The position numbers and the translations under genes were made by a program. DNA of 64,000 bases from NCBI GenBank assembly GCA_002499705.1, contig DAMU01000036.1:7314-71313 (forward strand), read 5' to 3'. Within the stretch, counting starts at the first letter, position 1. Every line of letters starts with the position of its first letter. The notes below the pieces were generated by a model. The model had not been told where the DNA came from and did not search any database. It saw only the letters and a list, made by a program, of their open reading frames with translations. The stretch comes from Euryarchaeota archaeon UBA91 (GTDB lineage Archaea; Thermoplasmatota; Poseidoniia; Poseidoniales; Poseidoniaceae). Positions 50,494 through 60,366 of this stretch are shown in pieces.

Positions 50494-53253
50494 ATGGTGA
50501 ACAAACAGGTATCCATCGTGCTACTCAGCATTTTGCTGTTTTCTATTCCTTCTCACGCAGTTGCTACAAAGGAGGCTACCTTTGTGGAACAATTTGGAGA
50601 GGTGTTTGAAGAAGTTGTTATTGCCGACTCTTCCGATATGCTTGACGACCCCCGAGACCTTGAATTTCACCCTGGCCGAACCAATGAACTTTGGGTAGCC
50701 AACCGTGCTACAGACAGCATCACTATCATCGAAAACACTGGCATGGAGTCTCAGACCTCTCAAAATCGTCAAGATTCCAACAGAAATCATTTCCTTGAAG
50801 AAGTCAGTTCAATTGCATTTGGCGCCTACCATCCAGAGTTTGACTGGCAATGGGGTTCTGCCCAAGAAACTGGTAATACCTTCTGTGGCCAAATTCAACA
50901 GAATTTCTTCATGGGACCAACACTCTGGCCTTCTTCTTTGAACCATTTTGCAGTCGAAAACCAAAACAACGGTAATGGGCTACTTGGAAGCCATATTGAT
51001 ATGAATCACGAATCTCCATACGGAGTTGGAATTGCTCATGATTATGACAATGTTTACTGGTATAACGACGGCTACTACGGCGAACTTGTTCGCTACGATT
51101 TCCAAGATGACCATGACACTGGTGAAGACGACCATTCAGACGCAATCATCCGTCGATATTCCGATATTACTCTCACGCACGCCTACGGCATACCCGGGCA
51201 CATGGTCATGGACAAGAGTTCAGGTATTCTCTACATCGCAGATGCCGGAGCAAATAGGGTTCTTTGGGTTAATACCGATGATACGAATTTCGAGACCGAG
51301 GACATTATGGACGATGCGTCTCGCCTTGAGCCATTGCAAGAATATTCCAGAATAACGGACATTGAATGGGGAGTTCTCGCCTCGGGACTTGACTTTCCTT
51401 CTGGAATTGCACTCGACGGTGACCGGCTGTTTGTCTCTCAGAACGGTAACGGTAAAATCGTCGCCTATGACTTGAATTCAGACGGTAAAAGCGCTACTGA
51501 AGCGGATTCTATCCAAACCTCAGCCTCTTCGATAATGGGACTGGAAATTGGACCAAACGGGCATCTGTTTTACGTTGATAACGGAAGAGATGAGGTCGTT
51601 CGGATTGATCCATTTATGGACGTAGATGGCGATGGAGTCGGTGACGATGTAGATAATTGCCCCTACATTTCAAACTCTGCTCAGGCTAATTATGATAACG
51701 ATTCCAAAGGGGATGCTTGTGATGAGGACGATGATAATGATTCAGTTCTCGACATAGATGACAATTGTCTTCGAGGTAATCTCTCTTGGATTTCTTCTAT
51801 GCTGACTGATCACGATTCGGATGGCTGTGCCGATTTGACCGAAGACTTCGATGACGATAACGATGGCCTATATGACCAGATAGATTCGTGTGCACTCGGT
51901 GACGTTGGTTGGACTTCTTCTGCTCTTACGGATTATGATTTCGATGGATGCCAAGACGCTGGTGAAGATTACGATGATGATAACGACCGAATTTGCGATG
52001 CCGAAGAAGTCGATGGTTTCTGGGCTTGCACTGAATCCTCTGCTTCCGCTGATTTGTGTCCTACCAGCCCTCCATCCTTCTTTTCCACTTTAACAAATGA
52101 TGGAGATCAAGACGGTTGCCAAGATATTGGTGAAGACCTCGACGATGATAATGACGGCTTCTTTGACGAACTCGACCATTGTCCGGTCAATGCCGGAACC
52201 AGTAACCTCGGTTCGCTGATGGGATGTTCCGATTTTGATAATGATGGCTATGCCGATTCAATCGATGAGTTCCCCACTGAACCCACCCAGTGGTCAGACC
52301 TCGATGGTGACGGATTTGGCGATGAATCAACTGGGTTTGAAGGCGACCAGTGCAAGACGGTTGTAGGCACTTCGTTTGAAGACCGCATTGGCTGTCTCGA
52401 TTCGGATGATGATGGCTGGTCTGACCCTGATTCGACATGGACAACAAGCTCCGGCGCTGATGCGTTCCCAACGTATTACAGTCAGCATGTTGATCAAGAC
52501 GGTGACGGTTATGGCGATGCAGCCAATGGCTTCCAAGCAGACATATGCCCTTTGATTGCCGGTACATCTTTCCAAGATGTGTTTGGATGCTTAGACTCCG
52601 ATGGTGACGGATGGTCAGATGCAGGAGATGCTCTGCCAGAAGACCCAACTCAGTATTTGGATGCAGACATGGACGGCTATGGCGATTCTATGTCAGGTAA
52701 TCTCCCTGACAGTTGCCCTGGCTTGTTCGGACTTTCATCGTCCGAACGATTTGGATGCCCTGACTCTGACGGTGATGGATGGGATGACGGTTTAGATGCA
52801 TTCTCTGAAGATGACCGATTTTGGTCGGACGCTGATGAAGATGGACATCCGGACCAGACGGGTACAGAATTGAGCGATGATTGTCCTGAAGTTGCTGGAA
52901 ACTCAAACCAAGATCGTATCGGATGCCCTGATGCAGATGGAGACGGTTGGTCCGATGAAGCAGATACCTTCCCGCAAGATGCAACTCGGCATGTCGCCTC
53001 TGAATCTTCCTCTCTGACTCTTCAGATTGGTCTTGCAGGTTTTGCAGTGCTCATTCTTCTCGCACTTGTTGCAGTGTTTGTAACTCGTCGTGACGGTAAC
53101 TCGACAATGGATTTGACACCTCAACCGGTAACACCTCAACTGAATGCTCCAATGGTCGCCAACACTCCACCACTTCCACCAGAGGGCCTACCTGCCGGCT
53201 GGACGATGGAGCAATGGGCATGGTACGGCGAAGATTACCTCAAGAACCGTTGA
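50494..53253 (+). CDS. Surface protein: His/Asp-rich beta-propeller + thrombospondin type 3 repeats + TM + GLPxGWTxEQW tail
   Basis: Signal peptide from MVNKQ; blades DPRDLEF/FPSGIAL/IMGLEI; many DxDGDGxxD and GCxDSDGDGWSD repeats; tail PPLPPEGLPAGWTMEQWAWYGEDYL. Confidence 0.82.
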   Translation: MVNKQVSIVLLSILLFSIPSHAVATKEATFVEQFGEVFEEVVIADSSDMLDDPRDLEFHPGRTNELWVANRATDSITIIENTGMESQTSQNRQDSNRNHFLEEVSSIAFGAYHPEFDWQWGSAQETGNTFCGQIQQNFFMGPTLWPSSLNHFAVENQNNGNGLLGSHIDMNHESPYGVGIAHDYDNVYWYNDGYYGELVRYDFQDDHDTGEDDHSDAIIRRYSDITLTHAYGIPGHMVMDKSSGILYIADAGANRVLWVNTDDTNFETEDIMDDASRLEPLQEYSRITDIEWGVLASGLDFPSGIALDGDRLFVSQNGNGKIVAYDLNSDGKSATEADSIQTSASSIMGLEIGPNGHLFYVDNGRDEVVRIDPFMDVDGDGVGDDVDNCPYISNSAQANYDNDSKGDACDEDDDNDSVLDIDDNCLRGNLSWISSMLTDHDSDGCADLTEDFDDDNDGLYDQIDSCALGDVGWTSSALTDYDFDGCQDAGEDYDDDNDRICDAEEVDGFWACTESSASADLCPTSPPSFFSTLTNDGDQDGCQDIGEDLDDDNDGFFDELDHCPVNAGTSNLGSLMGCSDFDNDGYADSIDEFPTEPTQWSDLDGDGFGDESTGFEGDQCKTVVGTSFEDRIGCLDSDDDGWSDPDSTWTTSSGADAFPTYYSQHVDQDGDGYGDAANGFQADICPLIAGTSFQDVFGCLDSDGDGWSDAGDALPEDPTQYLDADMDGYGDSMSGNLPDSCPGLFGLSSSERFGCPDSDGDGWDDGLDAFSEDDRFWSDADEDGHPDQTGTELSDDCPEVAGNSNQDRIGCPDADGDGWSDEADTFPQDATRHVASESSSLTLQIGLAGFAVLILLALVAVFVTRRDGNSTMDLTPQPVTPQLNAPMVANTPPLPPEGLPAGWTMEQWAWYGEDYLKNR

Positions 53254-53283
53254 ATGTTACGCTCGACTACTTGCATCTGAGTT

Positions 53284-54594
53284 TTACAACTCATCAAGTA
53301 TCCCAGCACTGATCAACAATACAAGAAGCATTATTGTCATCAATACTGCCAATGCATGGAAAGCAATCGAGACCAAAATACGAATTTCCTTGCTTTCAAT
53401 CCTGTTGTAAGGGTAGATCTTGGACACTTCTTCATGCCCACCCTTGAGGCCATAGACAGTTCGAGCAAATGTGGCTCTGCGTACAATTTCAAAGCACACC
53501 ATGACGCCAGCCATTACGAGAATTGTGCCAAGCGCCAATCCAACATAATAACCTGCTCCAATGAGCCCAAAAATGGCAATCGGGAAGAACGTGAGATGCA
53601 TGTGAACAATGTATGTTGGGTATACAGCCTCGTTGAGATAAGCCAACCATTTACTTGGACGGTTCAAGAATTTCGATGCCCAACTGAATATTAAGAGGCA
53701 CCAAAACCATGCATGAAATGATTGAACTATTGCTGCAATGATTGTGGTTCCTGAAATGGCAGCATATCCCTCATTCACCCATCCACCGGACATGATGTTC
53801 GGTATCGTATTCGATTCACTCAACATGAACCAGAAGACTGCTAAAATTGGTGTCAAAATCGTTATTGGTATTCTTATCTTATCAAGGGCAGGAAAGTAAT
53901 CATCCTTTGCTGAAATCATCAAGTATCCAAACAAGAAGTAGAGTAAATACCGAGAAAACTCCCACCACATTCCAACTTCACCAAAACCCCATGGCTTGAA
54001 CAAAAGGGCATTGATGAAGAGTAAAACGGCAGGAATGAGCATTATTCCGAGCCCATATCGAATGTTCAGTATTGACTGTACAGTTCGCACAATCAAGCCC
54101 TGAGGATTCTTTCGAATGTGTGCGAATACAGGCGTCAACAGCAGTGAATAGATGAGTAGATTGTAGATGAACCACAAATGGCCGTAAGGCATATTCTCTG
54201 AACCCGGAAATATTGTAAACAATCCAGTGAGTGCCTTTTTCGGTTCAAATATGCCAAAAAACAGGATGAAGGTTGCGAAGATCAACGGGAATCCTAAGCG
54301 TATCCCTCGTTCTGCAACATACTTTTTGGCCGTTCTGCGTCGGAAAGCGAAAGCACTCCCCATTCCAGAGATGACAAATAATGCCGCAAGTCTCCATTGA
54401 TGCATCACTCCAATTATGATGAAAAGTGGAAAGTTGAACAACTCCATACTGCTTCCTTCACCCTCGAGTTGTCCGAGGGAGAAAACAGCATAATGAAACC
54501 AAATGAGCAGTGCAAAGAGAATAACTCGCAGCCAATCAATGTCGTAACGGCGTGATGATTGACCGACAGTATTTGGCGAAGGTGAATGAATCAT
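53284..54594 (-). CDS. Acyltransferase-3 family membrane protein (OpgC/MdoC-like)
   Basis: RRYDIDWLRV, FH, WRLAALFVISG, ERGIRL, GHLWFIYNL, YLNEAVYPTYIVH. Confidence 0.85.
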   Translation of the reverse strand: MIHSPSPNTVGQSSRRYDIDWLRVILFALLIWFHYAVFSLGQLEGEGSSMELFNFPLFIIIGVMHQWRLAALFVISGMGSAFAFRRRTAKKYVAERGIRLGFPLIFATFILFFGIFEPKKALTGLFTIFPGSENMPYGHLWFIYNLLIYSLLLTPVFAHIRKNPQGLIVRTVQSILNIRYGLGIMLIPAVLLFINALLFKPWGFGEVGMWWEFSRYLLYFLFGYLMISAKDDYFPALDKIRIPITILTPILAVFWFMLSESNTIPNIMSGGWVNEGYAAISGTTIIAAIVQSFHAWFWCLLIFSWASKFLNRPSKWLAYLNEAVYPTYIVHMHLTFFPIAIFGLIGAGYYVGLALGTILVMAGVMVCFEIVRRATFARTVYGLKGGHEEVSKIYPYNRIESKEIRILVSIAFHALAVLMTIMLLVLLISAGILDEL

Positions 54595-54712
54595 GCTTCA
54601 ATACCAAATCGTTCCAAGCATCGTGGTATTTCAAACGACACCCTTCCTTGCGCTTTCATCTGGTTAATCAAGAAGCCTTTTGAAACATTGGTGGCCTGCG
54701 AAACTTGGTTCA

Positions 54713-55636
54713 ATGAGTGGGTATGGCGAGGAAGACTCCACTGGGAAGAGTCTCATGACACTCGGGGCAATCGCTCTGTTCAGTTTTGTATTTCTTTTCT
54801 ATTGGGATGTATTCACCTTGCTGGAAAGAACATCAGCCTCTTTTAGGACCTCTTTTCTACCAGACTCAGTGATTTTCTTTTGGCGAATGTCTTGCCTGCT
54901 TGTGAGTATATATGCAATTATCTACATGTTTCGCATGAAGACGGGCACCATGGTCGTACTCGACCATGATACGCGTTCCGAAATCATTCTTCATCCTCTC
55001 GGGATTCGAAAGTTTGTGACGTTCAGTAGCTGGACCCTCATCTGCAGTGTCGTCTATTTTCTTCTTGCCACGCTCTCTTCATTTTCTTTGTTTTTTGGTT
55101 CTGTCCTTCCCACTTGGATAAACACCGCTCAAGTTCTCTTTTTCACGATGGCTTTGGGTGCAGGTTTCCTAACCTCAACAGTTGTACGTTATGTCATTTT
55201 ACCCGCTGAAGTCAAGCAAAAGAGGGTACATGAACATCAATTCTACTTTCACAACCAAATGATGCATAATTTCACGACAATTTTCTTGGCATTTGAAATT
55301 GTCCTCGTTCAACCGGAGTTGCGACCTCACTTTGCAATATTTGGATTGCTTATTGGAACTCTTTACGCTCTTTTTGCTTTTCCATTCGCCTATTTTGGGG
55401 GCGGCTATTATGTTTACAGTTTTATTGACCCGAGACTAAAACTTGCACCCTTGTTTGTGAGTGGTCTTGCAGGTGCAATTTCGGTATTCTACCTTGGTCT
55501 TTGGCTCCTCAGTCTGCTTGTTGAATACAACGGGCTGATCGGTGGAGTGGCTGTGGTCATATGGCTGTCACTTATCGTTCAATTCCAACCCGAAGATATT
55601 GAATATGAAGTTGAAACGAATTCAATTCAAGGATGA
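54713..55636 (+). CDS. Multi-pass membrane protein, possibly FAR-17a/AIG1- or Pr6Pr-like
   Basis: About 8 TM helices; FVTFSSWT, HNQMMHN and YVYSFID motifs. Family call is tentative. Confidence 0.55.
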   Translation: MSGYGEEDSTGKSLMTLGAIALFSFVFLFYWDVFTLLERTSASFRTSFLPDSVIFFWRMSCLLVSIYAIIYMFRMKTGTMVVLDHDTRSEIILHPLGIRKFVTFSSWTLICSVVYFLLATLSSFSLFFGSVLPTWINTAQVLFFTMALGAGFLTSTVVRYVILPAEVKQKRVHEHQFYFHNQMMHNFTTIFLAFEIVLVQPELRPHFAIFGLLIGTLYALFAFPFAYFGGGYYVYSFIDPRLKLAPLFVSGLAGAISVFYLGLWLLSLLVEYNGLIGGVAVVIWLSLIVQFQPEDIEYEVETNSIQG

Positions 55637-55646
55637 AAGTGCCGAA

Positions 55647-57875
55647 TCAAGCATCTTTCAACGACAGCGTTGTTGGGATTCGAGCTGCGCTTGCTTCTCC
55701 ATCCATTCTACCATTGAGCTCGATATCGACAACCTCTGCATCTCCAGAGAGTTCCGCCATTATGAACGTCTTATTCCCTTTCGCCATTGTATCAAGGAAC
55801 ACCTCTTCACCCCGATGAAGGAATCGAGGTTCTACCAGTTCAATTTTCCATGCTTCGCCAACCGGGGCATCGAAACGCAATGCTGCTAAATCCCAATTAC
55901 CTTCCAATATGTGGACGCCAACCATTATTGGAATGGCATTCGGCTCCTTTGCCATTCGGTGGTCTAACTTCCATACAGCCATTGCGACATTCTCTGTGCG
56001 GTATTCAAGGTCAGTAGAACCCCATGCTTTGTTTGCCTCATCCCATTCAAGCATAGTAACTGCATGAAGTGCATTGGTCAAATTCTTTCGTGATTGCTGA
56101 GGTGTAATCTCGCCCGAATCCATTTGTTGTTTGAACCATGCAAGTTGCTCGGTTTTCATCAGCAAACTTTCGGCAGATTTCTTTCGGCGGTATTGCTGAA
56201 TTCCCAAAAATATGACGGGAATCAAGAACAGAGAGCCAAGGAAAAATCGTGCGATTACGCCCCATTTTTCAGCATTTTCATCGGGGGGGAAGTAGGGCTC
56301 ATTTCCTTCATCCATGAGCGAGTAAATTGATGAGACGAAGTAAGAGACATGTGGCACCTCTTCTCCCCAACTGTGATTGGACTGATTTACAGAATCCAGT
56401 AGAGAGACTCGAAAGAAATGCGTGCCACGACTCATCTCAAGTACCGTCTGAATCTTTCCATTCACCAATGTCACCGTGCGTGCATCTTCATCGACCCATG
56501 TATCTTGTTCCATACTCCAAAGTTCAAGTTGTAGGAGTTCAAGATTACTGCCTTCGACAAGAATCTTGACCAGGTGCTCTGATTCATCCCAGCCTTCAAT
56601 TTCAATACGATAAACGTCTGCAGTGTCATGGATTGCCAGCGTCAGTTGCCCTTCAATTTGTCCGGACTGTAGCGGCATGAGAGGCCAAGAAGAATTATCG
56701 GCAGATTGCGAAGATGGGAGATACGAAGGTGCTTCTTCGCCGGAACCAATATCGGAAAAATCCTCAACATGAATCACTAACCAGTGAACATTGGATTCAA
56801 CCACAAATCGTGCCGCACTGATATTTGGGTAAGGGTAAAACACCGTTGCTCTTTCTGAACTCAACTCTTGAACCTCACCCGATATCCATGATCCACTCAC
56901 CAATTGGTCGATGCGAACCGTAGAATCAAGAGCAATTGATTGCAATGTAAACTTCTGCGTATCATTCATCTCTATTGTTGCTGAAGTGGAATAATGCCCG
57001 ACGATTTTCAAATCCTCATGGTCTTGAATGAATTGGTTTGCATTCCCATCATTGAAGAGCACTGCCTTGAGAACCCACGCTGTTTCTAGAGATTCGCTTT
57101 CCACTTTTAGCAGAACTCTTCCACTTTCAGAGAAATGCCAAAACTTGGATTCTGGATGGTCATTTGCTGTAAGAGCATTTACCTGCTCAATCGTTTGATT
57201 ACTCAACAGTTCAGCAGTTTGGTTTTGAAAGTACAATGCAAACGATATGTCTGCAGTCGCATGCATGAGTTGCAGTTCAAGAGAATCCCCTGCAGATACA
57301 TTTAGCGGCACGTATTCCGGAGTGCTTTCTTGAAGAACACCTCGCAAAAATTGATTTTCGTAAAACTCTCCTAAGCCTATACTGTCCAAGTCCCCTCGGT
57401 TTGGATCGATACACTCGAGGATTTGATGGCACATATGCAGTTGGTTTAGTTGAATGGATTCAGTAGGAGCAGGCCGAGTTGTAGCGTAATTCTCATCGAT
57501 GGTTTGAACCAGTGAGTATGCGATGTATTCTTCTTCTGTACTGGTTATGTTAAGGTCGACTGAAGTATTGGTTGAAGCCTGAAGTGACAATACTGATGTG
57601 GTTGAGGTTGTCGTTCCATCAAGGGTAATTTGAGCTTCACAGTAATCGCAATCAAGCGATATGCTGAACCACTCTCCAGCAGTCATTGTCCATTGCCGAT
57701 GGTATTGTTCCGAGGGTTCAGATTGGAACCCAGTTATTCGCCCATCGGTAATTGTTTCATTGGTTTGAGCGCTCGGTTCGGAAGCGACAGAAAGCGGGTT
57801 AAACGCCAAGATTAGAAAGAGCATGGTCATGCTAACAGCGACAAAGGTGGTATTGCGACCATTTCCTCCGTCCAT
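55647..57875 (-). CDS. Single-pass membrane protein with large extracellular beta domains and ~180-aa cytoplasmic domain
   Basis: Signal peptide; PPC-like DTADVYRIEI unit; TM FFLGSLFLIPVIFLGI followed by YRRKK. Confidence 0.72.
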   Translation of the reverse strand: MDGGNGRNTTFVAVSMTMLFLILAFNPLSVASEPSAQTNETITDGRITGFQSEPSEQYHRQWTMTAGEWFSISLDCDYCEAQITLDGTTTSTTSVLSLQASTNTSVDLNITSTEEEYIAYSLVQTIDENYATTRPAPTESIQLNQLHMCHQILECIDPNRGDLDSIGLGEFYENQFLRGVLQESTPEYVPLNVSAGDSLELQLMHATADISFALYFQNQTAELLSNQTIEQVNALTANDHPESKFWHFSESGRVLLKVESESLETAWVLKAVLFNDGNANQFIQDHEDLKIVGHYSTSATIEMNDTQKFTLQSIALDSTVRIDQLVSGSWISGEVQELSSERATVFYPYPNISAARFVVESNVHWLVIHVEDFSDIGSGEEAPSYLPSSQSADNSSWPLMPLQSGQIEGQLTLAIHDTADVYRIEIEGWDESEHLVKILVEGSNLELLQLELWSMEQDTWVDEDARTVTLVNGKIQTVLEMSRGTHFFRVSLLDSVNQSNHSWGEEVPHVSYFVSSIYSLMDEGNEPYFPPDENAEKWGVIARFFLGSLFLIPVIFLGIQQYRRKKSAESLLMKTEQLAWFKQQMDSGEITPQQSRKNLTNALHAVTMLEWDEANKAWGSTDLEYRTENVAMAVWKLDHRMAKEPNAIPIMVGVHILEGNWDLAALRFDAPVGEAWKIELVEPRFLHRGEEVFLDTMAKGNKTFIMAELSGDAEVVDIELNGRMDGEASAARIPTTLSLKDA

Positions 57876-57941
57876 GTCGTTGCCTGTGGAGTATTTGCTT
57901 TGAACTTAGGCCCTACCAAGTGTCCAATGCTTGAAGAAGCG

Positions 57942-59735
57942 ATGGCTTTTGGCCTGTTCATGGAGGCAGGGCTTGGTCGAACCGTGACTGCGAGATATCG
58001 CTTTGCCCGTCAGTGGGCATTGGGTGATCGAAAAAATCCTGTTGCGTCAACTCCTGCATTGGTTTTACTTGATGGAGATGAGGAAATTGATGCCCAATTA
58101 GCACCTTTCCGTTCCACTACGAGCGATCAAATCCCGGCTACATTGACATTTGAATCACGCCTTCCACTTTCACCACCTGATTTCCTTAAACCGTCACCGA
58201 AATGGAGTGTCTCAATAGGGCATGTCCTTCCTCCGTCTTTAGATGAAGCAGACGCTGGTGAACCAGCCGGAACTGCTCAAGTGCTTCCGGTATCTTGGCA
58301 AAGGCTAAATCACGATGTTGGGCTAACCGATTCGTCCCTCAAACCGGATGTTGTGGTTTTGGTTGATGCAGTTCAACTTGCCTCCCAGCCTGGAAAGTTG
58401 GTTGAGGCAATTACTACATTGAAGCGACGCTTTCCTGGATCACTGCTATGGACGCCGGGTCTAGGAGGGCCAGATAATCTTGCAGTGCTCACATGGTTCG
58501 GTGTCGATTTGTTTGACTTGGCACGGTCACGTCAAGCATCAGCAGCAGGTGTCCTTCTCACAGAACAAGGACCACGACACATTGTCGAATCAATGAATGA
58601 ATCTGCTGATATGGACGCTCAACTCTCTCACTGGAAGTATGCAATTGCTTCCGTTCGAGGTGCGATGGCTTCAGATCAAATGCGTTCTTTGGCTGACCGT
58701 CAGTCTCTCACCAGTCCGCGATTAGTTGAGCACCTTCGTCGTCATGACCTGTTCTGTCGAGACATCCCCGGCCTTCTCTCCTCGCATGTGAGTTCAGAAT
58801 TCACGTTCCCATGCCATTCAGTTTCTGTCCAATCCGACCCTCTCATTTCAGATTGGGAATCGTTTATCACTACACAATACAGTGCTCCAGAGGGCCTTGA
58901 TTCGATACTGATTTTACTTCCCTGTTCTGCTCGAAAACCATATCGTTTATCCAAATCACATGGCCGTTTCATACGAGCCATTGGGACAAGTGCTTGTCAC
59001 GAAGTCATGGTGACTTCTCCCCTCGGATTGGTTCCTAGAGATTTGGAAGAGGTTTGGCCTGCTGGGCATTATGATGTCCCAGTTACGGGTGATTGGACTG
59101 GTGATGAATTGTCTCGAATTCAACGCATGTTTCAATCATTGGTTGAGCGTCATAATTACCAGCGAATCATCAATCACTCAGGCATCGATTTCACTCACGA
59201 CTCTATTGAAATTTCTGACACCCGTCAAGGCGATTCCGCCGGTTCACATGAAGCTCTTGAACGTCTTACTGCAGCCGTAAAAAAGGCCGTTGATGAACTC
59301 AGTGCAAGGGGGCGGAAAACCGAAAAAATCCTTCTTGACAACTTTTCAAGTATCGCTCGAAAACAGATGAACAGTGACGCTTGGGTTAAAGGTTTGAAAG
59401 TGCGAGGAAAGCCACCTCGATATCGACTTGAGCGTGAAAATACGCAGATGGCATTGTGGTCTATTGACCGAAGCGGTTTTTCATTACCAAAAGCCATTAT
59501 TCCTACGCTTGCTGAAATCAATGCCCTGCCCGAAGTTCATTTGAAGAGCGACGTTGTTTGGAGAGGCGACATTTTTGGTCAAATCGTTGAATCATTTGAT
59601 GCAACAATTCGTGCAGGTTCCGATGTATTGGTTTTGCAAGGCGGAAAGGTCCTCGGTCTTGCTCGAGCGCATGCACCCGCCTGGGAATGGCCATCGACAC
59701 CGGGTCGTTTGGCAAAGTCCCATCAGCGGTTGTAG
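57942..59735 (+). CDS. arcS: Archaeosine synthase subunit alpha (ArcS/TgtA2-like)
   Basis: Degenerate TGT-like region (LTWFGVDLFD), LLPCSARKPYRLSKSH, TSPLGLVPRDLE, YDVPVTGDW, C-terminal PUA-like domain. Start 57942 or 57960. Confidence 0.8.
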   Translation: MAFGLFMEAGLGRTVTARYRFARQWALGDRKNPVASTPALVLLDGDEEIDAQLAPFRSTTSDQIPATLTFESRLPLSPPDFLKPSPKWSVSIGHVLPPSLDEADAGEPAGTAQVLPVSWQRLNHDVGLTDSSLKPDVVVLVDAVQLASQPGKLVEAITTLKRRFPGSLLWTPGLGGPDNLAVLTWFGVDLFDLARSRQASAAGVLLTEQGPRHIVESMNESADMDAQLSHWKYAIASVRGAMASDQMRSLADRQSLTSPRLVEHLRRHDLFCRDIPGLLSSHVSSEFTFPCHSVSVQSDPLISDWESFITTQYSAPEGLDSILILLPCSARKPYRLSKSHGRFIRAIGTSACHEVMVTSPLGLVPRDLEEVWPAGHYDVPVTGDWTGDELSRIQRMFQSLVERHNYQRIINHSGIDFTHDSIEISDTRQGDSAGSHEALERLTAAVKKAVDELSARGRKTEKILLDNFSSIARKQMNSDAWVKGLKVRGKPPRYRLERENTQMALWSIDRSGFSLPKAIIPTLAEINALPEVHLKSDVVWRGDIFGQIVESFDATIRAGSDVLVLQGGKVLGLARAHAPAWEWPSTPGRLAKSHQRL

Positions 59736-59848
59736 ATATCACTTCAATTGTCGAGCAATCCTCCGTTTATGCCAAACAAAATCCCCTTGGTTGAAGCGGA
59801 GCGATTAAGAAGGGGTGACAAGTCGCCGAATTACTTGGAGTTGTTCTC

Positions 59849-60307
59849 ATGGCACGTATGTATAAGTCACGCAGAGGAAAGAGTGGGTCAAGCAAGCCCT
59901 TTGTCAAGGAAGCACCAGAGTGGTCAAACACCGATGCTGCTGCTATCACACAACTCATTATTGACCTAGGCAAGGAAGGTCATTCCACAGCAGTCATTGG
60001 CACTATTCTTCGTGACCAACACGCTGTTCCAAACGCCCGACTTGTCATAGGCAAGCGTATTGGTAGTGTTTTGGCCGAGAACAACATTGGCGGAACTTAT
60101 CCTGAAGACATGATGAATCTCATGCGACAAGCTGTTGGAATAATTAATCATCTTGGCAGTGGTAATCACAAGGATCTTCACAACAAGCGCGCATTGGAAA
60201 TTACAGAATCCAAAATTCGTCGTTTGGCAAACTACTACATGGCTGAAGGACGAATTCCGTCTGAATGGCGATACAAGCGTGACGAACTCCGCCTCATGGT
60301 TGAGTGA
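59849..60307 (+). CDS. rps15: 30S ribosomal protein S15 (uS15, archaeal/eukaryotic type)
   Basis: MARMYKSRRGKSGSSKP, IGTILRDQH, PEDMMNL, HKDLHNKRAL, ESKIRRLANYY. Confidence 0.97.
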   Translation: MARMYKSRRGKSGSSKPFVKEAPEWSNTDAAAITQLIIDLGKEGHSTAVIGTILRDQHAVPNARLVIGKRIGSVLAENNIGGTYPEDMMNLMRQAVGIINHLGSGNHKDLHNKRALEITESKIRRLANYYMAEGRIPSEWRYKRDELRLMVE

Positions 60308-60366
60308 GTTCGAGATTGTATCTTCTCCACTGATGTGGTGACTTCATCAAGAGTGACCTACTCGTT

